From positions 2,294,001-2,358,000 of the forward strand of contig CM120641.1 in the NCBI GenBank assembly GCA_051362555.1: a DNA stretch of 64,000 nucleotides, in the 5' to 3' direction. The stretch's first letter is position 1; the number at the start of each line of letters is the position of its first letter. This DNA is from Lingula anatina (taxonomy: Eukaryota > Animalia > Brachiopoda). The position numbers and the translations under genes are program-made. This document shows, in pieces, positions 49,510-63,022 of the stretch. The notes beneath the pieces are model-generated. The model was not told the DNA's origin and searched no databases. It was given only the letters and a program-made list of their open reading frames with translations.

Positions 49510-51939
49510 CTGTCCCAGCTATATAACGAGCTATATACACACGTCTGGGCTTGTTTCTTCACATTCAGCAAGCTTGCCCAAGCATGTTCCTGTTTATTCA
49601 AATGAAATCAGCTGTTCAACAAACAAATTACCGGTCAGATGAGATAAGCCTGGTTTCGGCTACATAGCGTTCAAGATCATGTCCAGGCATGTTCTGTTTG
49701 CTCAAGTAATACACACAAATACTCCTTTGGCCATTTAGCGTTATTCAAAGTGTTGCTATTGTAGCACATATAAACGCGTAACGATGGTATTGTCTCCTAC
49801 TATAGTTGCTACGCGAGGAAGAGAATACAATACATTCCACTTATTCATGCCATTCTTTACTTAATCCCTCCGCATTCTCAAGTTCCTTCCTGAATATCAA
49901 TTACCAGCATTACCAACATATTATCTGGGACCAACTTAATTACGAGTTCTATATCTATTTAGGCCTACTGCTTGTGATTTTATTCTTCTGCAACTACAGG
50001 TAGATTTGATTTATAGGCTTTATTAAGAATTTATCTTACACACCGGTACGTAGGAATATAACTATAATTCGGTATTGAATCATAAGACTACAGGGCAATT
50101 AAAACTCAACTCGTTAACTACTATATAACTACAAGATTTCACATTAAACTGCAACATGACATCTTTAGCTGAGCACGATCTTAACATTAACTCTATATTA
50201 CATTTTCACCTATGTAATTCGGAGTGCTAGATGGGGAGAAGCCATCCTCATGTCAGAAATTTTTTGAATAAAGTAAAATAATGTTTACTGAAGAATGTCA
50301 CAGACTAATTGAAAGTTTTGTGAAGCACAGCTCAATCTTGTGTAGAAATTAAAAAGTTATAAGTTTAGGTGACATAAACCTACACAAACCCTCCTATAGT
50401 GACAGTTAAATCATCTGAAAATATTATCAGACAATCTCCATTTACAACCCAATGATCAATCCATAGATAGTTTGACTCATTAACTTCACACACTTTATGT
50501 TTAGGAAACGTATTTGCACAATGTTTATTGTATTCTTGGTTAATGTGATTAGTTTAAGTTAGAACAGAGGTTTGCTCACAACGGTAAAATGGTGATAATA
50601 AATTGCTATACGTCACATTAAATGTTGGATGTGACTGAGATTTTATCTAAAAGCAATAACTTTTGAGCACGGATACATAAAATATGTACATTTATTTTAT
50701 CGCGTTGTTAATCCAACAGAATGGTGTGTAACAGACGCATGTTTGCAGATCATAACAACTTACAAGGTCGACGTGAAAGCTTATTACATAACTCTACTTG
50801 TGTTATACCTACCTTGGCAAGCTTTTGCTCTTTACCTAAAGTCAATCCTGCTCAACAGTTAGCACATTAGATGTGATGGTCATTGTAACAGAGAGTGTGT
50901 CAATTACCACCTTGTGCATAGAAATGAAGAATACTAATAAAAGTACATTTCATCCATATGACATGTGTTTTCTTGAATTTATGGTTCTATAACATGACTA
51001 AGCAGACAAAAACTACACTGTTTTAATGCGATCTTGTGTAGAAAATTTCTTGTGGCACATTTTCATCGGTTCGTTTTCTGATTTTCAAAGATGAACAGAA
51101 AAAAAAAGTTGAACTTGAATAAAAAAAAATATGCTGATTCTTATACTAAAGGTGAAAATACTTCTGCATATTATGTTGGTGTTTCATTTTTACAAGGAAA
51201 CACTAATTTTCACAGTCAAACAGGAAAAAATACCGCACTGTTTGACTTATATTTAACAAAAAAACATCTACATTGGCGTTTTATTTTGATCAGGAGATTT
51301 TCTGGTATTCAAAGCCGAACAGAAAAAAAATACTGCACTGTTCAACTTTAAACAGACGCAATAACTGTTGTTTCTTGTATTAAGGAGAAAAAAATACTTC
51401 TACATATGACACTATTCTACAGATCAGACAATGTAAATCATAAATCGGCGCATAGATCTTATAAATAAGAATCATAGGTTAAATCTTTGTCCCTGAAGAA
51501 GGCAGAATAGCCGTAAGCATGGGAATTATACTTTTAAAGCAGAATAATTTTAAAGACGTATTTAAATTTTAACTTTAAATTTAACAAGGAAAACACTTAT
51601 GTTCAAAGATGGCCAGAAACAACTACAATGTGTGACATTAAATCGGTAAAATGCTAACTTCAAAGAGAAAATTTTCATTTTATTTTAAAGAGGAGAATAC
51701 TCCCATATTTAACTTTGAATTGAAAAAAAAAAATGGTATGAAGTGATGGTTGCAGCTACAAAAGGTCCCGCTCTGAACAGATTGTTTATGTACACTAACC
51801 ACCTGCATTAGTGATTTGCATGTTGTAAACCAAGGCGTTTATTTAGGGATAAAGAGTCGGGCGGCTTTAGATGAATCAAAAGTATTTAATGCGGCGTTTA
51901 AGTGCGTCTTGGCCTAAAACCCCACAGATATTTCATCCA

Positions 51940-52477
51940 AGTGTGCGTATAGACCACTACAACATGTTGCTTGACCAGTAAACAATACTGCTTTTCTATA
52001 TAACACTACCTGGTTCATAGTGTCATTCATTCAATGCTGATCAGTCGATCATTCAAATGCATTTTACTTCAATAAAAGGCAAAGTCAATTTACTGAGTGT
52101 TTGCGAACCACTCACTATCACAATATTATAAGTATTTGGCTTGCATACCTCTCTTTATATATTACATTAGTCTTACCTGTGTGTTAGCGGACCCTTGTTT
52201 GTTTACCTCTATGTAACGCATTCAACTAAGCCGCGTGTCGCCTCTCTATAGACCAATAATAACGCACGTCTTTTTGTTCATCCAATGAAAAACTAAAACA
52301 AACCCCTACCTTTCAACAACTTGTGTATACAACAACTATTCTAACCAATATAAACATCTCATTTTTAGTGAAGTAAAAAAACATATTATCTTTATTTTTG
52401 AAAAAAAAACTATATATTTAGAGGGCCATTCAGGGCCAATCCTTTTTAAGAACTGTCCGGGTTTTTCTTATACTACT
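51940..52477 (-). repeat. Polinton right TIR
   Basis: Reverse complement of the left TIR, ending ..CTTATACTACT and followed by the TSD TGCACC. Confidence 0.9.
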
Positions 52478-53797
52478 TGCACCTGTGATGTGATCATTTA
52501 TAAATAAAAGCATATGAAACTGGAGGTGAGACAACCTTTTTTTTTTTCTTGCAAACTCCTGCATTCTCTTTACCGCAATCTTTAGTTTGCGGAAATATTG
52601 CTACAATATTGCTACAAACTTTTCATTTTAACAAGGGCTAGGGCTCTGAATGATGGCACTGTCAGCAATTAGGTGTTGTTGTTTTGTTTTTTTTTTCTTT
52701 TTAACAACTTCTGCAGCATCTGTTAGTGATGTCAATAAACTGGCAGGCCTTGCTCCGATATATTTCCACTTTCCATGCCTCATCTGGAGGGCAGAAAAAA
52801 ATAAGTTTACAATTCTTTTTTTTTTACAATAATTTAGGTCAATGAAGGGTAACTTGCGACAACCAAATTTTCCTCACTTAAAAACCAGGCAGGTGCCCAG
52901 CATCACCTGTCTAACATAGATGAGGTTTATTTACAGGATCAAAATAATTGTCAACTCGAAGGCTGTTGTCATAACCCAAATATACAAGTGTACTTATATA
53001 CAAATATACAAGTGTACTTATTTCTTATATGCTTTTTGAAAAGGAAATGAAACGCTTGTCATTTACTTTGCTATCGATCGCTGTGTTGTAGGGCTATTTA
53101 GTAGCTGGGTTATGTTTATCGTTTAGGGGTTTCATTGACATGGCAGTTTTTTCCACTGACATGACTAGATATTGCGCAGTTAGATGACAAATCATTCTAG
53201 TCCCTGTAAAACGACATTTGGGAGAGAAGCAGTTAGATTCCAAATTAGCTGTGATTTTATTGCACCAGAAAAAATTGACGGTGAGTTCACAAAGGACTTT
53301 TAAATTAGGTAGAGGTGGGAGTTTACTTGTGGAAGATAGAAAATACAAAATAAAATCTGCATTTGCTAGTTGCAAAGAACTCACCGACATTCTGGTCTCA
53401 CCCTTTATCTTGCACTAGGTAATAATGGACTGGTCACCTCATCACCAGAAAAGCTGGTTGAACATCCTACATTCAACAATAAAGGGGCCTCTATCAGGTT
53501 TCACATCTTATTCATATAGGACGAGGCCCTAGCGACATTTTCTAGTTGCATGTCACTAGATCCATGTCATTATTTAATAAAAGGTCACGGGATGATGTGA
53601 CAGGACCATAGGGTTTGCTGAATCTCCCTTTGTTTTTATATTTGTACGTTTCCAATTCGTGGTGTAATTTATTCACACAGATCTGTTCATACATGTACAT
53701 GTAAGATCACATTTCTGTATACTGGTAACTGTATATATAATAAGGAGAAAACGCGTTTCGCTACTGTAAACGACCTGAACTGAAAGCATTTTCCCAA

Positions 53798-54670
53798 TTT
53801 TTATGTACAGACACAGATGTGTCTGTACATATTGCCATCACCTGCGTCTGTCGTCGCCGATGCCGATGCCGATGCCGATGCCGTGCACTTTCCTTGTAAA
53901 CACGATAAGTGGAGGGCAGTTTTACTTTTTGGCTTTATATTTACAGAGCTCGTGAATATTCATAAAACGCAGGTCAAGTTCGAAAATCAGCATGATCGGG
54001 CCATTATTGTAGAAGTTATGCTGTTTTTTCACTTTTCAGCATTTTTTTCACATTTCCTCAGATTCAATTCTTAGGCATGTTAACAGTCTCATTATTAAAC
54101 TAATAAGATACGTAAAAGTTTTTGTTTGATATTTCCTGCATCTTTACAACATTGTTAGTTGATTTTGTAAAAATGATGGTAAACTTGTTATCGTGTATTG
54201 TGTAATAAAGTTTCAAAAATGGAAATAAACTCATATCATTGCAGTTTGTCAGATTCAATCATTCAATATGTTCAGAATCTCAGAATGGAAGAAATTGGAC
54301 ATTTAACACTGCTTTATTGATATTTTTCCCATCTCATCAATTTTCTTATTTGATCATATAAAAACGGCAGTAAACTGTTAATTTTGTTTTATGTTAAAAT
54401 TGTTAAAAATGGGGAAAAAAAACATTTCAGAACAGTGCTGTCTTGTTTACATTTTGGCATTTTCAAGTTGTGACTTTGAAGTTCCATGGGCCTGAAGACC
54501 TTTGCTAGTCACATTTTCTGAATATCCATGATACTAATATTTTATGGTCATTATGCTGTTAAACATTATGTAATATTGCATCAAAATTTGAAAAAAACCT
54601 ATTTTGGGCACTGCTCCAATGATGACCATTTAAGAAAAACCATGTCACTTACTGTTCTCAAACAGTACAG

Positions 54671-54738
<68 letters not shown>

Positions 54739-56670
54739 TGTGTCTGTATACATATTGCCATCACCTGCGTCTGTCGTCGCCGTCATCGCCGGCCCCGGCG
54801 CCGTGCACTTTCATTGTAAACATGATAAGTGGAAGGCAGTTTTACTTTTTGGCTTTATATTTACAGAGCAGATGAATATTCATAAAACGCAGGTCAAGTT
54901 CGAAAATCAGCATGATCGGGCCGTTATTGTAGAAGTTATGCTTTTTTTTCACTTTTCAGCATATATGCAACACTGTTAACACATTCCAAGGAAAAGCGAT
55001 AGGCCTGTTGTCATGAAACTCACAGGAGTAATCAGTCTTACTAAAACGCAGGTCAAGTTCGAAAATCGGCATGATCAGGCCACTATTTCAGTAGTTATGC
55101 TTTTTTTCACTTTTCAGCATATATGCAACACTGTAAACACAATATACGAAAAACAGATAGGCCAATTGTCATTAAACTCACAGGAGTGGTCAATCCTGCT
55201 AAAACGCAGGTTGAGTTAAAAAATCAGCATAATCGGGCTATTATTTTAGAAGTTATGTTGTTTTTTCACATTTCCTCAGATTCGATTCTTAGGCATGTTA
55301 ACAGTTTCATTATTTAATTAATAAGATATTAAAAGTGTTTGTTTGACATTTCCTGCATCTTTATAACATTGTTAGTTGATTTGGTAAAAATGATGGTTAA
55401 TTTGTTATCGTGTATTGTGTAATAAAGTTTCAAAAGTGGAAATAAACTCATATCATTGCAGTTTGTCAGATTCAATCATTCACTATGTTCAGAATCTCAG
55501 AATGGAAGAAATTGGACATTTAACACTGCTCTATTAATATTTTTCCCATCTCATCAATTTTCTTAGTTGATCATATAAAAATGGCAGTAAGCTGTTAATT
55601 TTGTTTTATGTTAAAAATTGTTATAAATGGAAAACAAAAACATTTCAGAACAGTGCTGTCTTGTTTACATTTTGGCATTTTCAAGTTGTGACTTTGAAGT
55701 TCCATGGGCCTGAAGACCTTTGGTAGTCACATTTTCTGAATATCCATGATACTAATATTTTATTATTAAAAATTGATGGTCATTATGCTGTTAAACATTA
55801 TGTAATATTGCATCAAAATTTGAAAAAAACCTACTTTGGGCACTGCTCCCATGATGACCATTTAAGAAAAACCATGTCACTTACTGTTCTCAAACAGTAC
55901 AGTAAATATGTACAGATGTGTCAAAAATGTGTCTGTACATATTGCCATCACCTGCGTCTGTCTTCGCCGTCACCGGCGCCTTGCACTTTCATTGTAAACA
56001 CGATAAGTGGAAGGCAGTTTTACTTTTGGGCTTTATATTTACAGAGCTCATGAATATTCATAAAACGCAGGTCAAGTTCGAAAATCAGCATGATCGGGCC
56101 ATTATTGTAGAAGTCATGCTTTTTTTCACTTTTCAGCATATTTCACATATTGGCATTTTCAAGGTGTGACTTTGAAGTTCCACATGCTTGAAGACCCATG
56201 CTAGTCACATTTTCTGAAAATCCATGATACGTATATTTTATTATTAAAAATTGACGGTCATTATGCTGTTAACCAATATGTAATATTGCATCAGAATAGA
56301 AGAAAACAATTATGGGTGCTGCTGCCATGATGACCATTATGGGAAAACCATGTTACTTATGATTGCCAAATGTTCAAAAAAGAAATGCAGGACTAAAATG
56401 CAGCCTGGGTTGGAAAAGTAGTCTAATTGGCTTCTTTTTCTGGAAGTTATACATTTTCAAAGTGTGAACTTGAACTCCCATGGGCCTGAAGCCTTATGCT
56501 TGTTACACGTTTTACTTACATTGGTATTACCTGTTGAGCATAATTAAAATTTGATGTTGAATTTGCAGTTTAACATAATGTACTTTTGCATCAGAATTGA
56601 CAGTAGCCTATTTTGTGCATAGTTATTTCCTGCTTTTTGTCTGTACATTTGACAGCTTTGCTGCCTTGTT
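53798..56670 (+). repeat. Head-to-tail Helentron-associated (HINE/DINE-like) repeat units
   Basis: Units start with the palindrome tgtacagacacagatgtgtctgtaca, then a GTC/GCC microsatellite and ~160-bp caggtcaagttcgaaaatcagcatgatcggg modules. Starts at about 53798, 54737 (preceded by (TA)n at 54674-54735) and 55907. Confidence 0.7.
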
Positions 56671-57778
56671 TCTCTTGAAATACAAGAAGTCACATTTATT
56701 TCTCTTTTAAGTAAACAGTTATGTATTTTTCTAACCGATTTTAAAGATGGCTTTTCTCGATCGACCATTGATTTTCAATGTAAAATATAAGAGTATTTTT
56801 CTCTTGAAATACAAGAAATCAAACCTTTTTTGTTTAACGTTTAACAGTGCAGTACTTTTCTTAAAAGCTAAAAAGTGCAGTATATTTCCCTTCATCTTTG
56901 AAAATCAGTCTTTTACCTTGTTCAAATGAAACATCAACATGATATGTAAAGGAAACTTTTCTGTAGGGCAAGAAAAACAGTGTCAATTTAAAGTTAAACA
57001 GTGCAGTGTTTTTTCTGTTCATCCTTGAAAACCAGAATGTTTTCTTTGTTTAAATGAAACGCCCATGTAGAAATTTTTTTTATGTTTAGTGCAAGAAACA
57101 ACATCTTTTTTGCTGTTTAAGTAACGCATGTAAACCACTTCTACTAGATTCTTATATGACTCAAATAAATTTGACTTGCCAAGGGATAAACTGAATAGAT
57201 CACTCGATCAGCCATAAAAGACCTTTAGACTGCTCCTTTCTTTAAATTTTTGGTTGTAAATTTAACCTACTTTCCTGCCCCTTTGACATACAGCTTAGAA
57301 TGCCAGCAGAAAAATCCGTTCAAACATCATTTTGGGGTAAAATTAAACAATGCCTTTTGGTAATTCTCTTAGTTATACTACTTGAAACTATATGCTGGCA
57401 TTTGGTTGGTTTTTGTGACAAAAAATGACTGCATGCATCTGTAAAGGTTAACAATGCAGTATTATTTTCTTCTGAATATTTCCTAATGAAAAGACAACAT
57501 GAGAGATGTTCTGCAGTGGGTCATGTTTAATTATTGTAGTTTTCGTCTGCTCAGTCATGTTATAGAATCGTTAACTGCATACTCAAGGATACACAGATAT
57601 TAAAATGTACATTTATTAGTACTTATTAATATACAATAACCTCTATGCACTCGGTGCTCTTTGCAAACTATAAAAAAATACGTTTTCTATAAATTATCAA
57701 AGAGTTTTATTTTTTGAGTTTAATTACAAAAAAAGCTTTATATCTCAAGTTTTACTTTACTTTGTATTTCAGGTCACG

Positions 57779-60174
57779 ATGCAGTACTACGCCAAGTTAG
57801 GGTGTCTTCTCATTGACCATGGAACAGAGGGAATCAGAAATTACTTCCGTAACCACATACTACGTGGACAGACACCACAGCAGTTCTTCACTACAAACAA
57901 GACACACATTGACAATCTCCATCATGGAAGACATGGGTGCAAAAGACTTATCAACAAGAGGCAATACGATCTGATCTTCCCTGCCAGTAATCAGCCGCCT
58001 GATTTGAAGGAATTTGACATCACCCTCATCTTTTTATTAATTCGACAGTTCCAAGTGGGGAAAATTCGTCCTAACGACCCAATTTGGGATACTCCAGCAA
58101 AAGCTACAGGTGCCCCACAAGACATGCAGGACATCATTCTTCTCAAGTTTGAACGTAATTCACTTGCTCATCGTGAATCAACTGACATCAGTCTCAGTGA
58201 CTTTGAACAGAAGTGGACCACCATCTCCAGTGCAGTATTACGCCTTGGGGTGTTGACTCCGACAGAGATACAGCAGTTGAAAGACAAACAAATTGAACCT
58301 GAGAGGGAAATGTCCTATCAAATATACATCTTACGTGGCTTTCTGGAAGAGATGGAAATGCTAAGGTTGATGCAAAATATGGTTGTGAAATTAGACCATA
58401 TGTATGCAAAGTTGGAGGATTTGTGTGAACGACAAGAGACGCTAATCTACCATAACGAAGTTCAACAAAATTTATCGTTCCAACAAACAACCCTTCACGT
58501 TGAACACCATACCCATCACGTGCATACAGAGGTACGTCCAGAGAGGAAACCAGAACAGGACATTTTGTCAGGTAATTATTCTACTTATAATGATCTTATT
58601 TTTATTAAAACTGTTATGCTACAGGGTCATGTATATTTATGTACAGACACAGATGTGTCTGTACATATAGCCATCATCTGCGTCTGTCGTCGTCGCCGTC
58701 GGCGCCGTCATCGCCGTCGTGCACTTTTACCGATAACACGATAAGTGGAACACCGTTTTACTTTTTGGCTTGAAACTTACAAAACTGATGAATATTCATA
58801 ATCCGCAGGTCAAGTTCGAAAATCAGCATGATTTTCTGAATATCCATGATACTAATATTCTATTATTAAAAATTGATGGTCATTATGCTGTTAAACATTA
58901 TGTAATATTGCATCAAAATTTGAAAAAAACCCTATTTTGGGCACTGCTCCCATGATGACCATTTAAGAAAAACCATGTCACTTACTGTTTTCAAACTTAC
59001 AGGAAAGAAACATGGGGCTAAAATACAGTTTCAGTAGGCAATGCAGTCTGTTTGGTAATTTTTTCTGGCAGTTAACAGTTTTTTGTGAAAATTTAATTTC
59101 TCACTTATTGGCATTTTCAAGGTGTGACTTTGAAGTTCCATGATCCTGAAGACCTTTGCTTGTCACGTTTTCTGAATGTCCATGTTACTAATATTCTATT
59201 ATTAAAAATTGATGGTCATTATGCTGTTAAGCATTATGTAATATTGCATCAAAATAGAAGAAAACACAATTTTTGGTGCTGCTGCTATGATGAGCATTAT
59301 GGGAAAACCGTGTTATGACTGTCAAACCTTTAAAAAAGAAACACAGGACTAAAATGCAGAATGAGTTGGGAAAGCAGTCTAATTGGCTTCTTTTTCTGGA
59401 AGTTATACATTTGAGTGAAATATTCCTTATCTTTTTGGCATATTCATTGTGGGACTCGGAGCTCCCATGGACATGAAGCCGAATGGTAATCAAATTTTCT
59501 ACATGTCCATGCTATTTATTGTCAATAATCAAAGATTGGTGATAATTATTCTATAATTTATTATGTAATGTTACATCAAAATTGACAACAATATTTTTGC
59601 ATTGCTATTGCAAACATTATGAAAAGAAAACTGTGTTACTTATTATTATTTTTAACTTACAAGTATGATTTTTAGGATTGGCATGCAGTTCAAATTAGAA
59701 AGCCAGGTCAATTGGGTTATCATTTATTATTGAATTTATGCAATTTTGTGTGAAATTTTCATTTTTCTCATTCTGGCACTTTCTAAGTATAAACTTGAAC
59801 TCTGATGGGCCTGAAGCCTTATGCTTTTACTTTCGTCGTTGTTACCTGTTGTGCATAATTAAAATTTGATGTTGACTGTGCAGTAAAACAATGTATTATT
59901 GCATCAGAATTGGTAGTCTCCTATTTTGTGCATTATTGTTTTGTGCTTTTCTTAAGATGTGACTTATGGGCCTGAAAGACCTTTGAGAGGGTCAGTCTGT
60001 TAATATCCCTTGGGTATCACGTAGCTAATTTCTGAGTTATAAAGTCATTTGCCTAATTGATAGGCCATTAAAGGAGATTACATAAAGCACACTTGCTGAT
60101 ATTTCCTTGTTAACTCCCAAAAGTTAAGCTCTCTGCTAGATTAATAATAAGGAAGCAGTGATAATTATGCAGGT

Positions 60175-60227
<53 letters not shown>

Positions 60228-62981
60228 CAAAGATTAAAAGTTTGAATGGCAGCTTCATTGAAATTTTATTTACCTCAGGCTCTGCCTAGGAGGTTATATT
60301 TTCACCCCTGTTTGTCTGTCATCAACATAACTCAAAAAGTTATGGACCGGTTTTGCTGAAATTTTCAGGAACTGTCAGAATTGGGCCAAAGAGGACAATG
60401 ATTAGTTTTTAGTGGTGGTCTGGCTCAATAATCAACAATAATCAACAATTGCTGCCTTGGCAGAGGTCTGCACTCTCGGTGGTTTTCTAGTTTTGTTAGG
60501 TTTTCCTTTACAATTTTTTCTCAAACACTTGCATTTGTGACTTTTAACTCTCATCCGCTTGAGGCTCTGCACATTTTCTGTATTTCCACATAAGCAATTA
60601 TATTTTGTTTTTTATGTCTTTAAACATTATATAAAATTATTTTATGCACTGTCATCATTTTTCAAATATTGAGACTTTCATCATGTGACTATAGTCTCTC
60701 ATGGTCCTGAAACTGTAATCTTATTGAAGGGGTGGATTGAGACCATCTTCTGGGTCTTCTTGAAGACAGGTTATTAAGTTTATATTGACTGGTATCTATT
60801 TTTTTCTGTTGGAAGACCATCAAAATGGAGGATGGATTAACATAGATACTTTGGAATACTGTCAGAAAATATCTCAGTGTCCGCTCCTGTTATTGACCAT
60901 GTTACCTGTTGTGCATGATTAAAATTCAGTGTTGACTGACAGTGCTATTATAAGCATTATTTATTATTGCATCAAAATTGACAAAATGACCTTTTTTTGC
61001 ATCTTTATTTTCTGTTTTTTGTCTGTACATTTGACAGCTTTGCTGCCTTGTTACATTAGTTATGACACAACTGGATTACTTCTATTTTTGGTTAACAGAT
61101 ACAATGGTTTTACTCCAGTCTGTATGTGGACTAGGTCTCACCCAGTCTATATACCTCTACCTGACTCTTCAATTTTTATGTACAGACACAGATGTGTCTG
61201 TACATATAGCCATCATCTGCGTCTGTCGTCGCTGTCGTCGCCGTCACCGTCGCCAGGTCAAGTTCGAAAATCAGCATGATCGGGTCACTTTTAGGGAATT
61301 TATGCTGTCTTTTCACTTTTTTCAGCATATATGCAGCACCGATAACACGATAAGTGGAAAACCATTTTACCTTTTGACTTGAAACTTACAGAACTGATGA
61401 TTATTCATAATACGCAGGTCAAGTTCGAAAATCAGCATGATCGGGTTACTTTTAGGGAATTTATGCTGTTTTTTCACTTTTTTCAGCATGTACCTGTATG
61501 CAGCACCGATAACACGATAAGTGGAAAACCATTTTTCCTTTTGACTTGAAACTTATAGAACTGATGAATATTCATAATACGCAGGTCAAGTTCGAAAATC
61601 AGCATGATCGGGTCACTTTTAGGGAAGTTATGCTGTTTTTTCACTTTTTTCAGCATATATGCAGCACCGATAACACGATAAGTGGAAAACCATTTTTCCT
61701 TTTGACTTGAAACTTACAGAACTGATGAATATTCATAATACGCAGGTCAAGTTCGAAAATCAGCATGATCGGGTCACTTTTAGGGAATTTATGCTGTCTT
61801 TTCACTTTTTTCAGCATATATGCAGCACCGATAACACGATAAGTGGAAAACCATTTTTCCTTTTGACTTGAAACTTATAGAACTGATGAATATTCATAAT
61901 ACGCAGGTCAAGTTCGAAAATCAGCATGATCGGGTCACTTTTAGGGAATTTATGCTGTTTTTTCACTTTTTTCAGCATATATGCAGCACCGATAACACGA
62001 TAAGTGGAAAACCATTTTACCTTTTGACTTGAAACTTACAGAACTGATGAATATTCATAATACGCAGGTCAAGTTCGAAAATCAGCATGATCGGGTCACT
62101 TTTAGGTAATTTATGCTGTTTTTTCACTATTTTCAATATAAATGCAACACTGATAACACAATATAAGAAAAACGGATTGGCCAATTGTAATTATACTCAA
62201 TCAATCTTAGTCAATCTTAGTCAATCTTACTAAAACGCAGGTTGAGTTCGAAAATAAGCATTATCGGGCCATTACTTAAGAAGTTATACTGTTTTTTCAC
62301 ATTTCCTCAGATTCAATTATTAGGCAAGTTAACAGTCTCATTATTTAACTAATAAGATGCCTAAAAGTGTTTGTTTGATATTTCCTGCATTTTTACAACA
62401 TTGTTAGTTGATTATGTAAAAAACATGGTAAACTTGTTATCATGTATTGTGTAATAAAGTGTCAAAAATGGAAATAAACTCATATCATTGCAGTTTGTCA
62501 GATTCAATCATCCACTATGTTCAGAATCTCAGAATGGAGGAAATTGGACATTTAACACTGTTCTATTGATACTTTTCCCATCTCATCAATTTTCTTAGTT
62601 GGACATATAAAAATGGCAGTAAAATGTTTATTTTGTTTTATGTTAAAAAAGTGTTAAAAATGGAAATAAACCCATTTCAGAACAGTGCTGTCTTGTTTAC
62701 ATTTTGGCATTATCAAGGCATGACTTTGAAGTTCCATGGGCCTGAAGACCTTTGCTAGTCACATTTTCTGAATATCTGTGATACAAATATTTTATAATTA
62801 AAAATTGATGGTCATTAAGCTGTTAAACATTATGTAATATTGCATCAAAATGTGAAGAAACCCCCATTTTGGGCACTGCTCCCATGATGACCATTTAAGG
62901 AAAATCATGTCACTTACTGTTTTCAAACTTACAGGATAGAAACATGGGACTAAAATACAGCTTCAGTAGGCAATGCAGTCT

Positions 62982-63022
<41 letters not shown>

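Larger units (their letters stand above)
40089..52477. mobile_element. Polinton/Maverick (adintovirus-like) element, 12389 bp, internally deleted and non-autonomous
   Basis: Begins AGTAGTATAAG and ends CTTATACTACT. 6-bp TSD TGCACC at 40083-40088 and 52478-52483. Long TIRs; encodes pPolB and an integrase remnant. Confidence 0.95.

Noticed and set aside
46560-51900. Polinton capsid, ATPase and protease genes
   Set aside because: No ORF or motif is recognisable; the region is AT-rich and occupied by repeats.
53817-61382. Family of similar short ORFs (MCLYILPSPAS.., ..QVKFENQHDR..)
   Set aside because: They are translations of the non-coding repeat modules, with inconsistent frames and stops between copies.
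61254-62160. 161-bp array as a CRISPR array or tandem RNA genes
   Set aside because: Whole monomers are near-identical with no spacers, and no tRNA or 5S structure is evident. It is a satellite.
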